Source: SAR202 cluster bacterium
GTDB taxonomy: Bacteria > Chloroflexota > Dehalococcoidia > Lucifugimonadales > UBA826
NCBI GenBank assembly: GCA_009392815.1
Contig: VFFS01000058.1
Span: 464 to 64,463 of the forward strand
DNA length: 64,000 nt
Reading direction: 5' to 3'
Shown here: positions 38,437 to 46,246 of the stretch, piece after piece
How the letters are laid out: each line of letters starts with the position of its first letter
Position numbering within the stretch: the stretch's first letter is position 1
Made by a program: the position numbers and the translations under genes
Notes under the pieces: generated by a model
What the model saw: the letters and a program-made list of their open reading frames with translations, nothing else
Told to the model about the DNA's origin: nothing
Databases searched by the model: none

Positions 38437-39315
38437 TTGAAGTGGATAGATTTTGAGAAACCAAAGACCGTAGAAGATGCTGTCAAGCTTCTTTCAGATT
38501 CTGGTGGAAATGCCAGACCAATGGCAGGTGGAACCGACCTAATAGTTCAATTAAGGGTGGGAGACCCACGGGTCAATGCTGACGTTGTCGTAGACATAAA
38601 AAGCATTCCTGAGCTTAATGAACTCAGTTACAGCAGTAGCAAGGGTTTGACTATTGGAGCAGCAGTGGAATGTTACAAGATATATGGCGATGCCAATGTA
38701 AACAGCCATTTTTCAGCTCTAAATGACTCTGCCACACTTATAGGTGGAACTCAGATTCAAGGTCGTGCATCATTCGGTGGAAATCTCTGCAACGCCGCTC
38801 CCAGTGGAGACTCGATCCCGAATATGATTGCGCACGGTGCGGTTGCCACAATCGCTGGTCCATCTGGCACAAGAGAGGTACCCGTAGAGGATATTTGCAC
38901 GGGTCCTAGACAAACACTAATTGGAGACGACGAATTACTGGTATCAATTAACTTCCCCAGCAATGGAAGTGGATTTGGTGCTAACTACATTCGATTCATC
39001 CCAAGAAACGAGATGGATATTGCTGTCGCAGGCGTAGGAGCATCGGTAACGATTGAGGACGGCAAATTTACGTCGGCGAAAGTTAGCCTCGCTTCTGTTG
39101 CACCTACACCGCTCTTGGTAAAAGAAGCAGGAGAGTCTCTTGTTGGAGAAACAGTCAGCGAGGAAGCAATCCAAAATGCTGCAAATCTTGCAAAAGCTGC
39201 AGCTAAACCAATATCGGATATGAGAGGCACTGCGGACTACCGTAAACATCTCTGCGATGTACTAACAAGACGTGCCCTTAACACAGCAGTAGAGAGAGCA
39301 CAGGGAGCAAGCTAA
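38437..39315 (+). CDS. molybdenum hydroxylase FAD-binding (medium) subunit
   Basis: 292 aa, TTG start with AAGGAGG upstream. AGGTDL FAD_binding_5 pattern and a C-terminal CO-dehydrogenase-flavoprotein-like domain (DMRGTADYR). Confidence 0.85.
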   Translation: MKWIDFEKPKTVEDAVKLLSDSGGNARPMAGGTDLIVQLRVGDPRVNADVVVDIKSIPELNELSYSSSKGLTIGAAVECYKIYGDANVNSHFSALNDSATLIGGTQIQGRASFGGNLCNAAPSGDSIPNMIAHGAVATIAGPSGTREVPVEDICTGPRQTLIGDDELLVSINFPSNGSGFGANYIRFIPRNEMDIAVAGVGASVTIEDGKFTSAKVSLASVAPTPLLVKEAGESLVGETVSEEAIQNAANLAKAAAKPISDMRGTADYRKHLCDVLTRRALNTAVERAQGAS

Positions 39316-39795
39316 ATGCCAGCAAAAACTTACGTACAAACAACTATAAATGGGGAACACGTTGATTTCCTGTGTGAACCTAGACAAAGTCTACTTGAAT
39401 GCTTGAGGGACGAAATAGGACTCACAGGCACAAAGGAAGGCTGTAACGACGGGAACTGTGGCGCTTGTACAGTTAACATAGACGGCCGTATAGTTACTTC
39501 ATGTCTAGTACTCGGTGTGGAAGCTGAAGGCGCCGATATAGAGACAATTGAAGGGGTAGCCGACGGCAGCAATCTTCATCCGCTTCAGCTCGCGTTTCTA
39601 GAAAATGCTGCCCTACAATGCGGGATCTGTACACCAGGCTTCATCATTTCATCCAAAGCCCTACTAGAACAGAATCCAAACCCGAGCGAACATGAAATAA
39701 GATTCTGGCTAGCAAACAATCTATGCCGATGCACAGGCTACGACAAAATTGTTAGAGCAGTCCAAGACGCCGCAAAAAGACTACAGGAGGCCTAG
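39316..39795 (+). CDS. molybdenum hydroxylase [2Fe-2S] (small) subunit
   Basis: 159 aa. Motifs CNDGNCGACTV, then CGICTPG and CRCTGY. Confidence 0.9.
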   Translation: MPAKTYVQTTINGEHVDFLCEPRQSLLECLRDEIGLTGTKEGCNDGNCGACTVNIDGRIVTSCLVLGVEAEGADIETIEGVADGSNLHPLQLAFLENAALQCGICTPGFIISSKALLEQNPNPSEHEIRFWLANNLCRCTGYDKIVRAVQDAAKRLQEA

Positions 39796-39801
39796 GTAAT
39801 T

Positions 39802-42057
39802 ATGACAACAGCCGACTATGAAAGGAATATGGTCCTGGCTACCGATACCGACTACAAAGTGATCGGGACGAGGCCTGTAAGGCACGACGGTGCGGACAAG
39901 GTGACGGGTCGAGCAATCTATGGGGCCGACTTTGATGCTGCAGGATTGCTACACGGAAAAATTCTAAGAAGCCCGCATGCCCACGCCAAGATAATCTCCA
40001 TCGATACCAGCAAGGCTGAAAAATTAGATGGAGTGAAGGCTGTCGTTACTTCGAAGGATTTTCCGCAGAGTGAAAGTCGTAAAGACCAATGGCTCAAGGA
40101 CAACATCCTTGCTAGTGACAAGGCGTTATATGCAGGACAAGCTATCGCAGGAGTAGCAGCCTCAAATCCTCATGTTGCGGAATCAGCCCTTGGGCTCATC
40201 GAAGTAGAATATGAAGTGCTTCCGCCGGTATTAACCACGCAGGAAGCCATGGCATCCAACGCATCGATACTACACGACTCACTCACCACAGAAGAACTCG
40301 GTGAAGATACCGGAGTGGTAAGTAATGTTGCCTCTCACTCTCAGCATGTGAAAGGTGACATCTCAAAGGGTTTTGAAGATGCAGATGTAATCATTGAGCG
40401 AGAATACAACACAAAAACAGTTCATCAGGGCTATATAGAGCCCCATAACGCCACTGCGCTGTGGAGCCCCGATGGGAGACTACACGTGTGGTGTAGTACC
40501 CAGGGATCCTTTGTTGTTAGGGACAGCCTCGCTGAACTACTCGACCTACCTGTGTCGATGGTAAGAGTAACTCCTACTGAAATCGGGGGTGGATTTGGTG
40601 GAAAAATCCCGATTTACGTAGAACCAGTAGCTGCCCTTCTGTCTCGAAAAACCGGAGCTCCCGTTAAGATTGTAATGAGTAGAAGAGAGACTTTCGAAGC
40701 ATCAGGGCCTACGCCAGGCTCCCAGATAAAAATTAAGATAGGAGCCAAACACGACGGGACACTGACTGCTGCATATGCTTGGATGGCAATGGAAGCAGGA
40801 GCATATCCGGGGTCACCAGTGGGAGCAGCTGTTCAATGTGTTTTCTCCACCTACGATGTTGAAAACTCCACAATAGACGGATTTGACGTAGTCGTTAACA
40901 AACCTAAAACAGCTGCATACAGAGCACCCGGGGCACCGAATGCCGCATTTGGAGCTGAACAGGCAATTAATGAACTGGCCGAAAAACTTGGAATGGACCC
41001 GATAGAACTACGTCTAAAAAACGTCGCAAAAGAAGGAACGAGAAGACCCGATGGACCTGTGTTTGGGAAAATAGGCGCTAAGGAAGTGCTAGAAGCCATG
41101 CGCGATCATCCTCACTACCAGTCTGATAAAGCAGAGGGTACCGGGAGAGGAGTATCTATAGGATTTTGGTTCAACATAGGCTTCGACTCGGCCTGTAACA
41201 TCGCCGTGAACAAAGATGGCTCAGTCAATCTGACAGAGGGTTCCACAGATATTGGCGGATCGAGAACTTCGATAGCAATGCATGCCGCCGAAGTCCTTGG
41301 AATTCCAGTCGAAGATGTTAGACCTTCCGTCGTGGATACGGACACAATCGGTTTCACAGCGGTCACAGGTGGCAGTAGAACAACATTTGCCACCGGTTGG
41401 GCAGCCTATGAAGCGGCCCAAGACGTGAAGAAACAATGTATTGAGAGAGCTGCCAAAATATGGGACGTAGATGCCAACGGCCTCCAGATGGAGGATGGCG
41501 TCATAAGCTCCAAAAGTGACTCAGAACTTAGAATGACCTTCAAGGAACTCGCAGAACAGCTTAGCGACACTGGCGGTGGAATCTCAGGGTCAGCCTCCGT
41601 CAATCCTTCAGGGGTTGGAGGATCGTTTGCAGGTAACATCGCCGATGTATCTGTGGACCCGGAGACCGGGAAAACTACCGTAGAGAGATTCACGTGCGTT
41701 CAAGACGTGGGCAAGGCAATCCACCCAAGTTATGTCGAAGGACAAATGCAAGGTGGAAGCGTTCAGGGAATTGGCTGGGCGTTGAACGAAGAGTACTTCA
41801 TGAATGATGAAGGCACTATGACAAACTCTAGCCTGCTCGACTACAGAATGCCAACGTCACTGGACCTACCTATGATAGACACAGTTATAGTAGAAGTGGC
41901 CAATCCTGGGCATCCTTTTGGTGTCAGAGGGGTCGGAGAAGCCAATATAGTTCCTCCCACACCAACGATCGCAAATGCCATATACGATGCAACTGGAAAG
42001 CGTATGACCCAACTCCCAATGAGTCCTGGAGCTATACTGTCTGTGAGTCCGGAATAG
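39802..42057 (+). CDS. molybdenum hydroxylase molybdopterin-binding (large) subunit, xanthine dehydrogenase/aldehyde oxidase family, not CODH-type
   Basis: 751 aa. The active-site loop reads TAAYRAPGAP rather than the CoxL form I signature AYxCSFR or the form II signature AYRGAGR. GGGFGGK present. Confidence 0.85.
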   Translation: MTTADYERNMVLATDTDYKVIGTRPVRHDGADKVTGRAIYGADFDAAGLLHGKILRSPHAHAKIISIDTSKAEKLDGVKAVVTSKDFPQSESRKDQWLKDNILASDKALYAGQAIAGVAASNPHVAESALGLIEVEYEVLPPVLTTQEAMASNASILHDSLTTEELGEDTGVVSNVASHSQHVKGDISKGFEDADVIIEREYNTKTVHQGYIEPHNATALWSPDGRLHVWCSTQGSFVVRDSLAELLDLPVSMVRVTPTEIGGGFGGKIPIYVEPVAALLSRKTGAPVKIVMSRRETFEASGPTPGSQIKIKIGAKHDGTLTAAYAWMAMEAGAYPGSPVGAAVQCVFSTYDVENSTIDGFDVVVNKPKTAAYRAPGAPNAAFGAEQAINELAEKLGMDPIELRLKNVAKEGTRRPDGPVFGKIGAKEVLEAMRDHPHYQSDKAEGTGRGVSIGFWFNIGFDSACNIAVNKDGSVNLTEGSTDIGGSRTSIAMHAAEVLGIPVEDVRPSVVDTDTIGFTAVTGGSRTTFATGWAAYEAAQDVKKQCIERAAKIWDVDANGLQMEDGVISSKSDSELRMTFKELAEQLSDTGGGISGSASVNPSGVGGSFAGNIADVSVDPETGKTTVERFTCVQDVGKAIHPSYVEGQMQGGSVQGIGWALNEEYFMNDEGTMTNSSLLDYRMPTSLDLPMIDTVIVEVANPGHPFGVRGVGEANIVPPTPTIANAIYDATGKRMTQLPMSPGAILSVSPE

Positions 42058-42070
42058 GCCAACGTCTGTA

Positions 42071-42334
42071 ATGGCACTGGTTTTCATCCCTTCACTGATG
42101 CAGAATCTCTCCAATGGAGAGCAGAGAGTGTCAGTGGAGGGTGCTAACGTGAGACAGATCATAGACAATCTGGATTCAATGTTCCCAGGGTTTAAAAATC
42201 GATTAGTGGAAGACGGAAGAGTCAAACCCAATATATCTGTCGCAATCGACGGTGAAATAACCCCTCTCGGAATGATCGAAAAAGTTACAGAAGATAGTGA
42301 AGTTCACTTCCTACCCGCGATCTCAGGAGGATGA
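42071..42334 (+). CDS. MoaD/ThiS-family ubiquitin-like small protein ending in Gly-Gly
   Basis: 87 aa. The C-terminus ...HFLPAISGG is directly followed by the stop. It is a paralogue of 53471-53749. Its stop overlaps the next start (ATGA). Confidence 0.75.
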   Translation: MALVFIPSLMQNLSNGEQRVSVEGANVRQIIDNLDSMFPGFKNRLVEDGRVKPNISVAIDGEITPLGMIEKVTEDSEVHFLPAISGG

Positions 42335-43176
42335 AACTCAAAAGTCATTTTGTCGACTTAGATGATCATAGGGCACATTACACACAGACAGGAACAGGGG
42401 ATAAGTCAGTACTTCTAATACATGGCGACATGAGAACGTCCAGAAGTTTTGACTCCTTATCTCGCAAATTAGCCCCTACCCACTCGGTCGCCGCTATTGA
42501 TCTCTTCGGACATGGTGACAGCGACTGGCCATGTTCGGGATATAAATTTATCGAACGTTCACAAAACATCGAGCAATTTGTCAATAAGGTTTTTAATGGT
42601 CATATTGACACAGTTATAGCGCACTCAACAGGAGCAATCGCTTTAGCCCTTTATGCTTCCCGTAAACAGAGTGTTTTTAAGTTCATCGTCCTGATGGAAC
42701 CTATGATAGTGGTGGACGAAAAATTTCAAAGAATGGTCTCATCTCGGGCAACTCGACCTAGAACTACATGGGCGAACAAAAAAGAACTAACCCAATTATT
42801 GTCAGTACATAATGTAACCAAAAAATGGACATCAGAAGTAATTGAGGACGTGGTTGAGCATGAAACATATGTCAATGAAAATGGCAGACTTGACATGAAA
42901 TGGGCAACTCAGACTATGAGTTGGAAAGACCGTAAGGATGATTATCTTGACTTACTTCCGACCCTAGAAACATTGGAGGTTCCAACACTTTTTGTGGCAA
43001 GCGAAGCCCGACAAGACATATTTAAACCGATTGAAAACCTCTCGCAGATTAAAAATAACATTCACTTCTGTACCGTCATTAACACTGGTCATAATATTTA
43101 TATGGAGCGCCCAGATACAGTCGCAATGCTCACAAAAACCCTTCAATCTGGAAAACCTATTCCAAAACAGGTTTAG
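42331..43176 (+). CDS. alpha/beta-fold hydrolase
   Basis: 281 aa. LLIHG, nucleophile motif AHSTGA, and C-terminal TGHN. Confidence 0.75.
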   Translation: MKLKSHFVDLDDHRAHYTQTGTGDKSVLLIHGDMRTSRSFDSLSRKLAPTHSVAAIDLFGHGDSDWPCSGYKFIERSQNIEQFVNKVFNGHIDTVIAHSTGAIALALYASRKQSVFKFIVLMEPMIVVDEKFQRMVSSRATRPRTTWANKKELTQLLSVHNVTKKWTSEVIEDVVEHETYVNENGRLDMKWATQTMSWKDRKDDYLDLLPTLETLEVPTLFVASEARQDIFKPIENLSQIKNNIHFCTVINTGHNIYMERPDTVAMLTKTLQSGKPIPKQV

Positions 43177-43352
43177 ATGGATGGTAACCCGAAAGTCCAT
43201 TCAGAAGGTGTATTACCCCTAGATCCGTGTCCTGATCTAATACCTTTCCACGGGTGAGCCTTGGCGACCTCCTCATTGATATCGGCACCCCATCCTGGCC
43301 CTGACGGTACAGTCATATAACCGTCAATTATTTCCGGCTTAAAATAAAAATT
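43173..43352 (-). pseudogene. 3'-terminal remnant of an enolase-superfamily gene
   Basis: The minus-strand frame reads KPEIIDGYMTVPSGPGWGADINEEVAKAHPWKGIRSGH...*. This matches only the last ~50 residues of mandelate racemase / acid-sugar dehydratase proteins. The frame is closed by a stop at 43353-43355 and the upstream sequence is AT-rich non-coding. Confidence 0.6.
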
Positions 43353-43406
43353 TCAATATTAATAATTTTTATTTACGTGTTCCTTCATAAATGCATCAAT
43401 TAAAAT

Positions 43407-44969
43407 TTATTTTTCTATAGGGTAGCTATGACTCTCCCTCAAAACTCTTTTCAAGACTTTGCCTAGCGGATTTCTTGGTAGCTCATGGACTACCACCACC
43501 GACTCTGGTTTCTTAAAACTGGAAAGCCGAGATCTACAATATTCAATCACTTCGTTCCCATCTATTGTCTCTCCATCTTTGGCTACCACAATCGCACGTA
43601 CCCGCTCTCCCCAATCAACATCGGGCACACCAATGATTGCCGCTTCATCGATAGAGGGATGAGAGTGAAGAACTTGTTCCACCTCCTCCGGAGAAACCAT
43701 CTCCCCTCCCCTTTTGATGAAGTCTTTGGCTCTACCAGACAGAAAAATATAGCCATCCTCATCAAAGTACCCAAGATCTCCCGTGTAGAGCCATCCACCT
43801 CTTAGAGCTTCAGCTGTGGCTTCCTCTTGTTTCCAATATCCTTTCATCAACCGTGACCCTCGGGCGACAATCTCACCCGTTTCACCTAAAGCAACCGCAT
43901 CACCATCTTCACTCACGATCCTAACCTCTACGTCATCCAATGGTTTTCCAATGGAAGTCAATCTTTTCAACTTTATCTCTACTTCCTCACTGGAACCCTC
44001 CAGGATATGGTCCTCAGGAGGTAACATAGTTATAGTTGCTGCTGTCTCAGTTTGCCCAAAAGCGTTAATAAAAAATGTCCCTGGTAGCATCTCTATTGCC
44101 CTGCGAATTACTTCTAGTGGCATAGGAGCAGCCCCATATGTGATCACTTCTAGGCTTGATAGATCATGATTCGGAAATTCCTCATGATCTAAAAGCATCT
44201 TCAGCATAGTAGGCACCATCATTGCCCTATTGGCTTTTTCATCTTCAACCAACGCCATCCACTCAACAGGTTCAAATTGTCTTTGAATGATGAGTGTCCT
44301 TCCTCCGTAAATAGCAGCCATTACTGCTTGTACCCCTGCGATATGGTAAAGGGGAACGGTTAATATATTTTTCTCCTCCACTTCCATGTCAGGTGGGGAA
44401 ACATTGCTGAGGATATAAGAAGAAAAACTATCATGGCTTAACATAACGCCCTTGGGAGAGCCAGTGGTCCCAGCGGTAAACATCAGCATCGTCAGGTCGT
44501 CATCGTCTGACTCAGGAAACATCTCATCGTCCCGATCGGAATTAACCATCTGGTCGTATGTGTGCCACCCATCAGCAGACCCGTCTATAACAATTAACAC
44601 TTTCAAGCTATCAATTTTAGTGGAGATAGGCCCAATCATGTCGGTATATCTGGATCCCGCAAGTAACACAGTAGGAGAGGAATCATTGAGCATGTATTCG
44701 AGCTCTGACTCAGTGGCTCTAAAATTTATCGGAACGTATATCGCGTCTAACTTAGCAGCTGCAAAATATGCCTCAATGTGTTCATTACAATTCACTTCCA
44801 TAGTGGCAATTCGGTCACCACTCTTTACTCCCAGGTCCCGAAGCGCATTTGCAAGTCTAGCCACTCTCAACGCTAGTTCAGAATAGCTAATTCTCTTACC
44901 ATCAAAAATAATCGCAGTCCGATCCGGAACGATTAAAGACGTTATATTTAGAAACTCAGATGTATTCAT
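43407..44969 (-). CDS. AMP-dependent acyl-CoA synthetase/ligase
   Basis: 520 aa. AMP-binding motif MFTAGTTGSPKGV, then YGQTE-like FGQTE, GDLGYFDEDGY, and a C-terminal GKVLKR. Confidence 0.9.
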   Translation of the reverse strand: MNTSEFLNITSLIVPDRTAIIFDGKRISYSELALRVARLANALRDLGVKSGDRIATMEVNCNEHIEAYFAAAKLDAIYVPINFRATESELEYMLNDSSPTVLLAGSRYTDMIGPISTKIDSLKVLIVIDGSADGWHTYDQMVNSDRDDEMFPESDDDDLTMLMFTAGTTGSPKGVMLSHDSFSSYILSNVSPPDMEVEEKNILTVPLYHIAGVQAVMAAIYGGRTLIIQRQFEPVEWMALVEDEKANRAMMVPTMLKMLLDHEEFPNHDLSSLEVITYGAAPMPLEVIRRAIEMLPGTFFINAFGQTETAATITMLPPEDHILEGSSEEVEIKLKRLTSIGKPLDDVEVRIVSEDGDAVALGETGEIVARGSRLMKGYWKQEEATAEALRGGWLYTGDLGYFDEDGYIFLSGRAKDFIKRGGEMVSPEEVEQVLHSHPSIDEAAIIGVPDVDWGERVRAIVVAKDGETIDGNEVIEYCRSRLSSFKKPESVVVVHELPRNPLGKVLKRVLRESHSYPIEK

Positions 44970-45258
44970 CCCTGAGTAAAACTCCCCTCATAGAATCCAA
45001 CGAGTAATTTAACATCTGCCAAGAAGTATCGCCACGTTTATCACTTGTTCAACTACCTGACAGAAATTTTCTACCACCCAGCCAGAACCTATCATAAAAG
45101 CTGATCATAACCTATCTGATTAACCTGATGTGAACATTTGAACTGAGCCACATAATCCAGTTTGTTATACCCTATTAACCAAGTGGGTCGTTGACAGAGA
45201 AGTAGCCTGCTTTGCTACCATGGTTGTTGGATTAACGTGAAATTAGGGAGGATCTGCC

Positions 45259-46074
45259 TTGGCTAACGACGAAACTACTAAACTTCTACCGGCCGTCGGG
45301 ACCTACACAGAAGGTTTAAAAGATAAAGACAAAACCCCAGCAGCCGTAAGAGAACTAAACAGATTCGTTAAACATTTTCAAGGGGAGACTGACCTGACAA
45401 CAATAACTCCTTCTCAAATTGGCACTTACGCCGAGGAAGCATGCAAAAATAGTAGTGCCCCAGAGGCACTTGAAGGACTTCAGTCTGTAAGAAAATTTTT
45501 AAAATTTGCCTTTGACAACAGTAAGACACAGGTAAATCTTTCGACTCATTTTAGAATCAGAAAGCCACGAAATTCTCTTGATTCCAGAGGCGATGATGGA
45601 TCCGGCCGTGGAAGCGGTCAGCAAATGACACAAGAAGGCTACAATCAACTCATCTCTGAAAAAGAAGGTTTAGAATCTAATCGAGTCGCAATTAGTGAAG
45701 CAATTCACACCGCCGCCTCAGACGGCGATGTAAGGGAAAACGCTCCTCTCGAGGCGGCGAGAGAACAACAAGGACGCGAAGAGGCAAGAATAAAAGAAAT
45801 TGATTCAATGCTTCGAACAGCAATTATCGTGGATGGAACTGGAAAAGGAACGAAAAGTGTCCGGGTAGGAACTACTATACGGGTAGACGACGTCTCAAAA
45901 AAGAAGAAGTCAAAATACACTTTAGTTAGCCCATCAGAAGCCAATCCCCTGGAAGGAAAAATCTCTGATGCATCTCCCTTGGGTAAAGCGTTTATAGGTA
46001 AAAGAGTCGGACAAATCGCAGAGGCCGATACCCCGAAAGGAAAGGCAACCTTCAAGATATTAGATATATCGTAA
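45259..46074 (+). CDS. GreA/GreB-family factor with a ~120-aa N-terminal extension
   Basis: 271 aa, TTG start with AGGGAGG upstream. Residues ~123-271 form a complete GreA (MTQEGYNQL...GDVRENAPLEAAREQQ...RIKEID coiled coil plus a C-terminal ISDASPLGKAFIGKRVGQ domain). The extension has a core-binding/SAM-like helical pattern. Confidence 0.7.
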   Translation: MANDETTKLLPAVGTYTEGLKDKDKTPAAVRELNRFVKHFQGETDLTTITPSQIGTYAEEACKNSSAPEALEGLQSVRKFLKFAFDNSKTQVNLSTHFRIRKPRNSLDSRGDDGSGRGSGQQMTQEGYNQLISEKEGLESNRVAISEAIHTAASDGDVRENAPLEAAREQQGREEARIKEIDSMLRTAIIVDGTGKGTKSVRVGTTIRVDDVSKKKKSKYTLVSPSEANPLEGKISDASPLGKAFIGKRVGQIAEADTPKGKATFKILDIS

Positions 46075-46246
46075 TTAGATTAACCTGTATCTCCTTTAAT
46101 CCTAATTTGCCAAATATGAATAGTCACATTGTGGTTTTGAAAGTTAATCCCCAAACGACTGCAAAATTAGTGCCGTCCTTGTGCTAGTCTTTAGAGGGTT
46201 TCAACTCACATAATTGCCACGTCGTCCCGGAGGTAAATCCTAGTCT

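Noticed and set aside
39802-42057. The CoxM-S-L gene order, with XdhC, MocA and a CoxE-like gene nearby, suggested an aerobic CO dehydrogenase.
   Set aside because: The large-subunit active-site loop reads AAYRAPGAP. It matches neither the form I CoxL signature AYxCSFR nor the form II signature AYRGAGR. It is better called a generic xanthine-dehydrogenase-family hydroxylase.
45118-46087. The 10-mer GATTAACCTG occurs on both sides of the greA-like gene (45118-45127 and 46078-46087). I considered it as a possible target-site duplication or cassette boundary.
   Set aside because: A single 10-bp match between two AT-rich intergenic regions is within chance expectation. There are no terminal inverted repeats and no recombinase or transposase gene.
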